Shown here piece after piece: positions 20,759-29,917 of a DNA stretch of 37,210 nt. The stretch lies in assembly GCA_040220235.1 (NCBI GenBank), contig JAVJTO010000103.1; one strand, written 5' to 3'. The stretch's first letter is position 1; each line of letters starts with the position of its first letter. The notes under the pieces were generated by a model. That model ran no database searches. It worked only from the letters and a program-made list of their open reading frames with translations, and was not told where the DNA came from. The stretch is from Coleofasciculus sp. B1-GNL1-01. Lineage in GTDB: Bacteria > Cyanobacteriota > Cyanobacteriia > Cyanobacteriales > Coleofasciculaceae. A program made the translations under genes and the position numbers.

Positions 20759-23700
20759 CTATTCCCTAACAGAGATGTCATGACACGTCTCTACTTTTTG
20801 CCCCTCAATCCAAAATCGGCTTCCCTGATGGAGTGATGATTCAACGCCCGAACGTCCTCCTAGACGTTCCATACCTTTACGGACAAGGGCTAAACCAATA
20901 CCACTACCGGGATAGTGTTCACGACCATGTAAGCGTTCAAATACCAGGAAAATCTTTTCTTGATATTCCGGTTCAATGCCAATTCCATTATCCTCGATCC
21001 AGAGTCGTATCCATGTACTACCATTAACGTCTTTTCGTTCTTCTGCCCACACCTGTATCTGAGGCTGTACTGTTTCTGGGACAAACTTGATCGCATTAGC
21101 GATCAAATTTGATACAACTTGCATAAGTGTAGCACGATGACCCAAAACCTCTGGTAGAGGTATTACCCCTTTCTCGGCTACCTTAATTTGGGTATTTTTG
21201 TTTTTAATCAGTTCCTGAAGTTGGAAGAGGACTTCTGACACAATGGAGTCCAAACTAATTGATTTTAGCGGAAAGTCTAGACGCCCCAAGCGACTATATT
21301 CCAGTAAATCTTGGATCATTTTATCCAAACGCTGAGCAGCCGTAGTAATCCGTTGAGCATAGTTTAAACCAATTGAATCTAATTGGGAACCGCAGTCTTC
21401 AACTAAGGCATTAGCAAACCCTTGCATTGCCCGTAACGGCGCTCTAAGATCGTGGGAAACGGTGTAAGAAAATGCTTCGAGTTCCGCATTGATGGCTTGC
21501 AATTCCTGAGTTCGTTCAGTGATCCGTTCTTCGAGTTCGGTGGTGTAGCGTTTAAGCTGCTGTTGTAATCGGGATTGAGCAATCGCGATCGCGAGTTGAT
21601 TTGCTACTTCTTGGATAATGGTCTTATGTTCATCATCCAGGGCATTTTTATCACTGAACTCTAGGTTGAGTGTTCCGATTATTTCCGGCTTACTTCTAAG
21701 CGGAATAATATAGAATGATGCCGCGTTCTGTGAGAGTAAAGCTTGGACAACGGGTCGTAATACCCTGACAATTTCTGATTGTTTGAGTTGATGAATTTTA
21801 CGGTCAGCAAATTGAGCAAACTCTGAGGTAAACGGTTCGAGACTAATCGTTTTTCTAGCTAGGTTTTCCATCTCACTATTAGTGGCGAGCAGGGTGGCTT
21901 GCTGTGAGTCCCAATCAAACACCACGACACTCAGATGACGACACGATAGCAGGGATTTTAAACCTGTTAACGCCACTTGCGCGATCGCAGGCGGCGGTTG
22001 TTCAGCGAGAATGGCTTGGTCAAGGGTTTGTAAGGTTTGCAGGCGGTCAATCGTTTGTCGTAATTGAATTTCAAGCTGCTTGCGCTGAGTAATGTCAAAC
22101 GTAAAGCCGAGGATTTGCACAATTTGCCCTAGCTCGTTCAACATCGGCACATACTTAATTACGGTGGTAAAGGGGTTAGTATTGGGTAACCGAATTGTGG
22201 CTTCTACCGTCTGGGGAGTGCGGGTTTCTATCACCTGCTTGAGTGTCGGTAAATACGGATCAGTAACCTCCGGCGACCAGATTTCTTCATCCCTGTGTCC
22301 CAGATAATCCGTTAATGATTTGCCTGTGCGATCAAGGGTTGTCGTATTCACAAAAACAAACCGTCGTTGAGCATCATAGATGACAAACATATCCGGACTA
22401 TGATTGACCGCTAACCGGAATCGTTGTTCACTCTGACGCAGGGCTTTCTCGGTGCGTTTGTATGCGCTAATATTATGATTAACTTCTAAGATAGCTAATG
22501 GGTTACCTTGATGATCTCGCTGTAATGTCCAACGACTCGCCACGGTAATTTGAGTCCCGTCCTGTGTGGTTTGAATTAACTCACCGGGCCAATATTCTTG
22601 ATGCCATAATTGAGCCTGAATGTCGCTTAATGCCCGAGGAAAAATCGTGTGCAGCAATTGGTGAGCATTTTGCCCAATAGCGTCCTGACTACTCCAGCCA
22701 TACAAACGTTGCGCCCCCTGATTCCAATAGGTAATTTTGCCCTGCAAATCCAGCACCATAATCGCATCATTGGCTAAGTCAAGCAGTTGGGCTTGTTGGC
22801 GGAGCTTTTCTAGGGCTAATTTTTGGGCGGTGACATCCGTCTGTACTCCCAGAAAGTGAGTCAATGTTCCCTGGGAATTTCGCACGGGTGAAATATAGAG
22901 ATCGTTCCAAAATACAGAACCATCTTTACGATAGTTCTGCAAGGTTACTTGACAGTCTTTTTGTGTTGCAATCGCCTGTCGTACTTCCTCAAGTTGGGCT
23001 TGATTGGAGTCATCTCCCTGCAAAAAGCGACAGTTACGACCGAGTATTTCTGAGGCGCTGTAATCGGTGAGTCGTTCAAACCCAGAATTGACAAAAATAA
23101 TTGGGTTATCCGGTTGATGGGGATCACTAATTAAAATCCCATTGCTACTCGCATTAACCGCACTCTCCAATATTCGCAATCGTTCCGCTTGTTGACAACG
23201 GTCAATTGCTGCACCGAGAATATTCGCGATCGCTTGCAAAAAGTTAATGTCATCTTGGCTAAACTGGCGGGAATCTGTACTATGAATGCCCAAAATACCA
23301 AAGGGTTGACTATCTGGGGTGGGCATAGTATCCCAATGTTTAAGAGTCCCAGGCTTCGCCAACGAGAGTCCAGGAATAATCACACTCATCCCACTGACAA
23401 CCCCATGATCCTCTAATAGAGGCGGAGCCGAAAATCGCGATTCTGTTCGCAAATCTTCGACCACGATTGGTTCTTGAGACAGGAGCGTATAGCCAGCTTG
23501 AGAATTGGTGTCCGTATCCACAGTAGCTTGACCGACTAAGCCAACCTGCCAACCTACACCCGCCCGCAACAATAAGGCTTTGCCATCAGGAAGTAATTCC
23601 AGGACTTTGGCATAGTCTACGTCGAGAGTTTTTGCCAAAAGCGTCACCGCACAATTCATTAACGAATCAATGTCAATCCCTCTTAAGGCATATTGACTAA

Positions 23701-24196
23701 ACCGCACAATTGTTGTTTGCTGAGTGACCCTAGCTTGGAGTGTAGCGATCAGTTGTAGGTTCTGGGAAATGGTGATGGGTGGAGTCGCTTCTAGCCGAGA
23801 AGATTGAGACTTTCGCTGAGGCGCTAACGCAGAACGAACGGCTGTCACCAATTTTTTATAATGGGACGGCGATTTAATAATGTAGTCATCTATACCCGCT
23901 TTCATTGCCATTACAGCGAGTTCTACACTGTCTTGACTGGTGAACATAATAAATGGACAAGCGGGTTGCAGACGTTTAACCTGCTTAAAGACCGCTATAC
24001 CAGTTATCCAAGGAAGTTCATCGTCCGCGATCGCGATATCGAAATGACCCTCTAAAAGTACCTGATTTAGGTCTTTAGCATTGGTCGGCTGGGCGACATG
24101 CAGTGCGGAAAACTCTTGCTGCAATTGACGAATGATTAAGGCTCGTTCATCTGGGTCCTCATCAATGAGGAGCAGATGCACAGGAGTGTTAATCAC
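20759..24196 (-). CDS. REC-GAF-LOV-PAS-PAS-GAF histidine kinase (putative blue-light sensor)
   Basis: Intact LOV motif GRNCRFLQG, NYRKDG and GVQTDVT; HisKA FSYTVSHDLRAPLR; DNGIG, GSGIGL. Confidence 0.93.
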   Translation of the reverse strand: MINTPVHLLLIDEDPDERALIIRQLQQEFSALHVAQPTNAKDLNQVLLEGHFDIAIADDELPWITGIAVFKQVKRLQPACPFIMFTSQDSVELAVMAMKAGIDDYIIKSPSHYKKLVTAVRSALAPQRKSQSSRLEATPPITISQNLQLIATLQARVTQQTTIVRFSQYALRGIDIDSLMNCAVTLLAKTLDVDYAKVLELLPDGKALLLRAGVGWQVGLVGQATVDTDTNSQAGYTLLSQEPIVVEDLRTESRFSAPPLLEDHGVVSGMSVIIPGLSLAKPGTLKHWDTMPTPDSQPFGILGIHSTDSRQFSQDDINFLQAIANILGAAIDRCQQAERLRILESAVNASSNGILISDPHQPDNPIIFVNSGFERLTDYSASEILGRNCRFLQGDDSNQAQLEEVRQAIATQKDCQVTLQNYRKDGSVFWNDLYISPVRNSQGTLTHFLGVQTDVTAQKLALEKLRQQAQLLDLANDAIMVLDLQGKITYWNQGAQRLYGWSSQDAIGQNAHQLLHTIFPRALSDIQAQLWHQEYWPGELIQTTQDGTQITVASRWTLQRDHQGNPLAILEVNHNISAYKRTEKALRQSEQRFRLAVNHSPDMFVIYDAQRRFVFVNTTTLDRTGKSLTDYLGHRDEEIWSPEVTDPYLPTLKQVIETRTPQTVEATIRLPNTNPFTTVIKYVPMLNELGQIVQILGFTFDITQRKQLEIQLRQTIDRLQTLQTLDQAILAEQPPPAIAQVALTGLKSLLSCRHLSVVVFDWDSQQATLLATNSEMENLARKTISLEPFTSEFAQFADRKIHQLKQSEIVRVLRPVVQALLSQNAASFYIIPLRSKPEIIGTLNLEFSDKNALDDEHKTIIQEVANQLAIAIAQSRLQQQLKRYTTELEERITERTQELQAINAELEAFSYTVSHDLRAPLRAMQGFANALVEDCGSQLDSIGLNYAQRITTAAQRLDKMIQDLLEYSRLGRLDFPLKSISLDSIVSEVLFQLQELIKNKNTQIKVAEKGVIPLPEVLGHRATLMQVVSNLIANAIKFVPETVQPQIQVWAEERKDVNGSTWIRLWIEDNGIGIEPEYQEKIFLVFERLHGREHYPGSGIGLALVRKGMERLGGRSGVESSLHQGSRFWIEGQKVETCHDISVRE

Positions 24197-24312
24197 AATT
24201 TGTCAACTTTATTTAGAGTAAAGACGTACCATGGCACGTCTGGGAGCAGGAGAGATATATTATATATTACTCTAGAGGAACCCCGTTGCCACTGGAAACA
24301 GAGAGACTCTCA

Positions 24313-25347
24313 TCACCCTATCGCATTATCATCCACCCGATCTCTGACTTTTGGAAGAAGTTGGGACTCTAATACTTTATTTCCTTCCATTTCCCTTCCC
24401 GTCATTGCGCCAGATGCGGTGAAAACGAAGAAACTTCCCATGGCGAGTAAGCCCAGTAGAGGAGGTGGTTCCGGAACCGTAGCCGCCGCCGCTGACTTAA
24501 ATTCCGCTTGCGCTGCTGCAACTGATGTTCCATAACCTTGGATGTATTCAAACGAAGCGGTGTCACCCACCGCCAGAAGTACATCTTTTCCACCAATGTG
24601 TATACCAACATCGGCAAAGGTTCCATTTGGATCAGAAGGAGTATTCAAGAAATTATTTAACTCGAACCCATTATTAATGGATAAACCCAAATCGGCACCA
24701 ACAGTTGTATTGGTGTCTAATGACCCTAAAATAACCGTTAGACCTCCCAACTCGGTTGCTTGACCCACCTTAGCGATTCCGGCGGCAGTTTCCAGTGTAA
24801 ATACATCATTAAATGTCTCGAAACCATGGCGTTGATCAATCCCTTGGTCTGGGTCAAAGGTATCAAAATATCGAAAGTCAACGGCTGAACCCTGATTAAT
24901 CAAATCCGTCTTAACGAGTAAAGCATTAAGTTCATCAACCAGAGAATAGGTGCGCTTAAAATTGACAGTTGCACCGCCTCCTGTATAGGTTCCGGTCACG
25001 ACTACCGAGTCACCGTCTTTAGCAACGGTTACAGGTTGTTGGGTAACTCCTGTAGTTGTATTTCGTGTAAAGGTAGCGGGATTTGCTCCATTCTGAAACC
25101 CAAAATCAGAAACTGGATTACCTGGATTGAAGAAGTCGCTACGGAAGAAACTTTTTTTATCAAATATAAGTGCATCAATTGCCCCGTTATCATCCCTAAT
25201 CATTACCTCTAATGAACCATTACTGAGAGTAACGGCTGAAGCTGATGAGGCGAAACTAAGTCCCGCTAGGATTGTTCCCACCAATGGTAGACATTTCGTG
25301 AACAAAGGAGTAGAGAGTTGAGTCATCCATTTTGAATTGGTATTCAT
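24313..25347 (-). CDS. PEP-CTERM sorting domain protein
   Basis: Signal peptide ending ASSASA, beta-rich body, TVPEP plus hydrophobic segment. Confidence 0.85.
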   Translation of the reverse strand: MNTNSKWMTQLSTPLFTKCLPLVGTILAGLSFASSASAVTLSNGSLEVMIRDDNGAIDALIFDKKSFFRSDFFNPGNPVSDFGFQNGANPATFTRNTTTGVTQQPVTVAKDGDSVVVTGTYTGGGATVNFKRTYSLVDELNALLVKTDLINQGSAVDFRYFDTFDPDQGIDQRHGFETFNDVFTLETAAGIAKVGQATELGGLTVILGSLDTNTTVGADLGLSINNGFELNNFLNTPSDPNGTFADVGIHIGGKDVLLAVGDTASFEYIQGYGTSVAAAQAEFKSAAAATVPEPPPLLGLLAMGSFFVFTASGAMTGREMEGNKVLESQLLPKVRDRVDDNAIG

Positions 25348-25723
25348 GGGGGAAATTTTTCCTAGCCGAGTTCTTTTACTAATTACTCAGCTTCAATCCC
25401 CCTCTTTTATGTGGATTTATGTAAAAATCAGGTAAATAAAAATGAAGTTTTGTAATGAATCTGTAAAATAACCCATTTTTGATTTATGAATTTGGGCGGG
25501 TTTTGTTGTTCAGTTATCGGTTTCTTATTGAGTTTTAGTCCCTAAACCCGTCCCTACAATTGACAGACGTGCAATGGCAAGGCTCTACTCCTGTGCATGT
25601 ACAAAAAGGCATGATCTATCCCAAGTAGGAGAATTCCCCGGAAAACTTTGGGTAAACTGCACAGCAGACGAGTACCGCTACCCACACCAGTCAAAATTTC
25701 CTGTAATTTGAATTTTATAAATT

Positions 25724-28165
25724 ATGACAATAACCACTTCAACACCCAAAGCGTCCTTCTCTCAACCGGACATTCCCGTTACCCAAGTCCGGCAAAATCA
25801 GGCTGCCGAACTCGACGCGATCGCCAAATATCGCCGTGCGGCTAACTACCTGGCGGCGACTCAAATTTATCTCAAAGATAATGTTCTCTTACGCGAACCC
25901 TTAAAACCGGAACACATCAAAGATCGTTTACTGGGTCACTGGGGGACTTGTCCCGGCATTAACCTAGTCTACGCCCATCTCAACCGCCTGATCCGGCGTT
26001 ACGATGCCAATATGTTTCTGGTGACTGGACCCGGACATGGTGCGCCTGCGAACCTTGCCAATCTTTACCTTGAAGGGTCTTTACAGGATTATTATGATGA
26101 CCTTAGCTTCGATGAAGCTGGAGTGCATCGGTTAGTCAAGCAGTTTTCTTGGCCCGGAGGCTTTCCCTCTCACCTGTATCCAGGGATACCTGGCACGATT
26201 CATGAAGGCGGAGAATTGGGCTACGCCTTGGCGACAGCATTTGGGGCGGTAATGGATAACCCGGATCTTGTCGTGGCTTGTATCGTTGGTGATGGCGAAT
26301 CAGAAACTGGACCCACCGCTACAGCATGGCATGGTACAAAATTCATTGATCCGGCTGAATCTGGCGCAGTTTTGCCGATTTTGCATCTGAATGGGTACAA
26401 AATTGCCAGCCCGTCTATTTTTGGCACGATGAGTGATGAAGAATTGCTACATCTGTTTACCGGATACGGCTACCAAGTACGAATTGTCGAAGATGCGGAC
26501 TTGGATGCCGATATGTATGCTTCCATGGATTGGGCATATCAAGAAATCTGTCGGATTCAACAAGCCGCCCGTTCCGGAAACCGCCTCAGCAAACCCCGTT
26601 GGCCCCTAATCATCTTGCGATCGCCTAAAGGATGGACAGGGATTAAAGAAGCCGACGGCGTACCGATTGAAGGGAATTTCCGGTCTCACCAAGTTCCGCT
26701 TAAAGGGGTTAAAAAGAATCCCGAACATCTAGAACTGCTGGAAAATTGGTTTCGTTCCTACCGCCCAGAGGAACTGTTTGACGAACAAGGGCAACCCTTC
26801 CCCGACATTTTAGACCAATGTCCCCAAGGGGAACGGCGCATGGGCAGCAATCCCCACACCTTCGGCGGGCGTATGCGTCAACCCTTGGAGTTACCGGATA
26901 TTTTTAACTACGCTGTCCCGGTAGAACATCCCGAAGCTGGCGAAGGGTGTAAACGGGGTGAAAGAAGTGTGAGTAATACCTACAGAGTCGGACAATATCT
27001 CCGGGATGTGATTCAGCAAAATCCCAACAACTTCCGTATTTTCTGCCCCGACGAACTCGAATCCAACCGTCTTTACAAAGTCCTCGACGTGACTCAGCGT
27101 AACTATCAGTGGCCCACCGAAGCCTTTGATGGCGAGATTGGACCCGATGGGGGACGAATTATCGAATTGCTGAGTGAACATACCTGTCAGGCATTCTTAC
27201 AAGGGTACCTCCTCACCGGACGACATGGTTTATTCCCCTCCTACGAGGCATTTTTAGGCATTGTCACCACGATGATGGATCAATATGCCAAGTTCTTAAA
27301 ATATTCCAAAGAATTCCCCTGGCGTCCCCCTGTATCCTCCCTGAATTACTTAGAAACCTCAACCCTGTGGCGACAGGAACATAATGGGTTTTCCCACCAA
27401 AATCCCGGCTTTATTAATAGTGTCTTGGATCAGCAGGCTGACTATGCGCGGGTGTATTTACCCCCAGATGCCAACTGTCTCCTCAGTACCATTGACCATT
27501 GTTTACAGAGTACAGGCTATGTCAACTTAGTCATCGCTAACAAAAATCCTCTGCCACAATGGTTGTCTATGGAAGACGCGATCGCCCATTGTCGGGCAGG
27601 GGGTTCAGTGTGGCAATGGGCGAGTACCGATGATGGGGTTGATCCGGATGTGGTACTGGTAGGAATTGGCGATTGTCCCATGTTAGAAGTGATGGCAGCC
27701 GCGCAAATCCTCAGAAATGAATTACCGGAATTACGGATACGAGTGGTTAATGTGACAGATCTATTAATTCTGGAACAAAATTCCACTCATCCCCACGGGT
27801 TAGATGATGACATGTTTACTGCCCTATTCACTCCCGATAAACCCGTAATTATCAACTTCCATGGTTATCCGTCGCTGATTAAACAAATGCTGTTTGGGCG
27901 TCCCACGATTGGGCGATTCCAAATTAATGGCTATCAGGAAGAAGGGACAACCACTACACCCTTTGATATGCAAGTCCGCAATGGTACGAGTCGGTATCAT
28001 TTAATCATGCAGGCGATTCGTTTAGCAGCACAGAACAATCCGCGTGTGTCCGCACGGGCAAATGATCGGGTGCGTCACTATGAGTATGTATTAGCGGCTC
28101 ATGGGCAGTATATCTGTGAGACTGGCGAAGATCCAGACGAGATTACCAATTGGCAATGGTGTTAA
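25724..28165 (+). CDS. xfp: Phosphoketolase (Xfp family)
   Basis: LGHWGT, GPGHG, HEGGELGY, GDGE (TPP motif), LSEH, QEHNGFSHQ. Confidence 0.97.
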   Translation: MTITTSTPKASFSQPDIPVTQVRQNQAAELDAIAKYRRAANYLAATQIYLKDNVLLREPLKPEHIKDRLLGHWGTCPGINLVYAHLNRLIRRYDANMFLVTGPGHGAPANLANLYLEGSLQDYYDDLSFDEAGVHRLVKQFSWPGGFPSHLYPGIPGTIHEGGELGYALATAFGAVMDNPDLVVACIVGDGESETGPTATAWHGTKFIDPAESGAVLPILHLNGYKIASPSIFGTMSDEELLHLFTGYGYQVRIVEDADLDADMYASMDWAYQEICRIQQAARSGNRLSKPRWPLIILRSPKGWTGIKEADGVPIEGNFRSHQVPLKGVKKNPEHLELLENWFRSYRPEELFDEQGQPFPDILDQCPQGERRMGSNPHTFGGRMRQPLELPDIFNYAVPVEHPEAGEGCKRGERSVSNTYRVGQYLRDVIQQNPNNFRIFCPDELESNRLYKVLDVTQRNYQWPTEAFDGEIGPDGGRIIELLSEHTCQAFLQGYLLTGRHGLFPSYEAFLGIVTTMMDQYAKFLKYSKEFPWRPPVSSLNYLETSTLWRQEHNGFSHQNPGFINSVLDQQADYARVYLPPDANCLLSTIDHCLQSTGYVNLVIANKNPLPQWLSMEDAIAHCRAGGSVWQWASTDDGVDPDVVLVGIGDCPMLEVMAAAQILRNELPELRIRVVNVTDLLILEQNSTHPHGLDDDMFTALFTPDKPVIINFHGYPSLIKQMLFGRPTIGRFQINGYQEEGTTTTPFDMQVRNGTSRYHLIMQAIRLAAQNNPRVSARANDRVRHYEYVLAAHGQYICETGEDPDEITNWQWC

Positions 28166-28217
28166 TTTGGTCATTTGTCATTGGTTAGGGAAAAGGCAAC
28201 AGGGTTAAGGTTCGTTG

Positions 28218-28460
28218 GTAGGGGCTGGTTTCAACTTATGTTACAGCCCTCACCCCCAGCCCCTCTCCCAACCCCCCTCGTTCCCCCCTGGGAGGAGGGA
28301 TGACTAAGGATGCTTCGCTTTTTTTGCACGGGAGAGGGGAGCAAGAGGGAAGCTGTGTAGCAATAGGCAATAGGCAATAGGGTTAATATTCGTCTGTAGG
28401 GGCGGGTTTCACTATTATCCTTTTTGGCGCACCTAGATTGGATTAAACCCGCCCCCGCCC
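28218..28460. repeat. Composite repeat cluster between xfp and ackA
   Basis: REP halves GTAGGGGC(T/G)GGTTTC, CCCCTCTCCC...GGGAGAGGGG inverted repeat, GCAATAG heptamers. Confidence 0.8.
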
Positions 28461-28493
28461 CACCCTCCATTTAATTTGTTATCAGAATCACCG

Positions 28494-29711
28494 ATGAAAG
28501 TTTTAGTATTAAACGCGGGTTCTAGTACCCAGAAAAGCTGTTTGTATGAGATTGGCGAATCTTTACCCAATTCTCCGCCAGAACCAATATGGGAAGCCAA
28601 AATTGAGTGGACTGGACAATCCGATACAGAATGTTTAAAGGTTAAAACATCTCAGGGACGATCCATAGAGGAACGCCTACCCACCAATGATCGAATGAAG
28701 GCGATCGCTCAAATGTTAAATACCCTTTGGCGCGGTCAAACTCAAGTTATTTCCCAACTGAGTGACATTGATGTGGTCGGACATCGGGTGGTTCATGGCG
28801 GCGATAAATACCATCAACCGACGTTAATTAATGCTGAGGTGAAAAAGGCGATCGCGTCTTTGTCTCCCCTAGCACCATCCCATAATCCCGTCAATCTAGA
28901 AGGAATTGAGGCGATTGAGAATATTTTACCTGATATACCCCAATTCGCGGTATTTGATACCTCATTTCATTCCCAAATGCCTTTACCTGCTATGATTTAT
29001 CCAGGCTCTAAAGACTGGCTAGATCAAGGAATACGTCGTTATGGTTTTCATGGGATAAGTCATCAATATTGCCTGGAACGAGTTGCTCAGTTATTGGCAA
29101 AAGAGGCTAAATCATTACGAGTGATTACCTGTCATTTAGGCAATGGATGTTCCTTAGCCGCCATTCGGGATGGTATCAGCATTAATACAACCATGGGTTA
29201 TACACCCTTAGAAGGATTAATGATGGGTTCGCGTTCGGGTTCAATTGACCCTTCGATTTTGATTCAACTAATGCGACAAGGGTATAATGCGGATCAATTA
29301 GAGCATTTGTTAAACAAAGAATCAGGATTAAAAGGGTTATCTGGCGTGAGTAGTGATATGCGCCAAATCAATGACGCGATCGCGGCGGGTCATGAACAAG
29401 CTAAACTCGCATTGGAGGTTTATAACCACCGTTTACGTTGCTATTTAGGAGCAATGTTAACCTCCTTGGGCGGATTAGATGTATTAGTCTTTACAGGCGG
29501 GGTTGGCGAACATCAAGCCTCTGTGCGATCGGCTGCATCTGACGCCCTAGAATTTTTGGGACTTAAAATCGACGCAAACAAGAATGAAACCAATCCCGTA
29601 GATGTAGATATTTCCACCGAGGATTCAACCGTGCGAGTCTTCGTGATTCACACCCAAGAAGATTGGGCGATCGCGCAATCCTGTTGGAACATGGTTAAAG
29701 CATCAACTTAA
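28494..29711 (+). CDS. ackA: Acetate kinase
   Basis: LVLNAGSS, GHRVVHGG, RRYGFHG, HLGNGCS, FTGGVGE. Confidence 0.97.
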   Translation: MKVLVLNAGSSTQKSCLYEIGESLPNSPPEPIWEAKIEWTGQSDTECLKVKTSQGRSIEERLPTNDRMKAIAQMLNTLWRGQTQVISQLSDIDVVGHRVVHGGDKYHQPTLINAEVKKAIASLSPLAPSHNPVNLEGIEAIENILPDIPQFAVFDTSFHSQMPLPAMIYPGSKDWLDQGIRRYGFHGISHQYCLERVAQLLAKEAKSLRVITCHLGNGCSLAAIRDGISINTTMGYTPLEGLMMGSRSGSIDPSILIQLMRQGYNADQLEHLLNKESGLKGLSGVSSDMRQINDAIAAGHEQAKLALEVYNHRLRCYLGAMLTSLGGLDVLVFTGGVGEHQASVRSAASDALEFLGLKIDANKNETNPVDVDISTEDSTVRVFVIHTQEDWAIAQSCWNMVKAST

Positions 29712-29770
29712 CCAAGTGCGATCGCGTTGACTGATTGGAAAACTCCCTTGATATCACTTTTACTACCTAA

Positions 29771-29917
29771 TTACAGGTAGGGATTCAGTCCCCTGTAGTA
29801 CTCTGGACGGGGGAACTTCAGGTTAAATTGGCGACGATGGACAGCCGATAGAGAGTTCAAACTCCGGGCTACAATCTCAAGTTCCTGATTATCATCTACG
29901 TTGCTAAGTACTTTCAT
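29771..29917 (-). CDS. Possible 48-aa ORF or gene remnant (MKVLSNVDDNQELEIVARSLNSLSAVHRRQFNLKFPRPEYYRGLNPYL)
   Basis: Not in the ORF track; its ATG overlaps the last codons of the 485-aa gene. Confidence 0.3.
   Translation of the reverse strand: MKVLSNVDDNQELEIVARSLNSLSAVHRRQFNLKFPRPEYYRGLNPYL

Noticed and set aside
28231..28470. 79-aa ORF
   Set aside because: Made of REP/STRR repeats.
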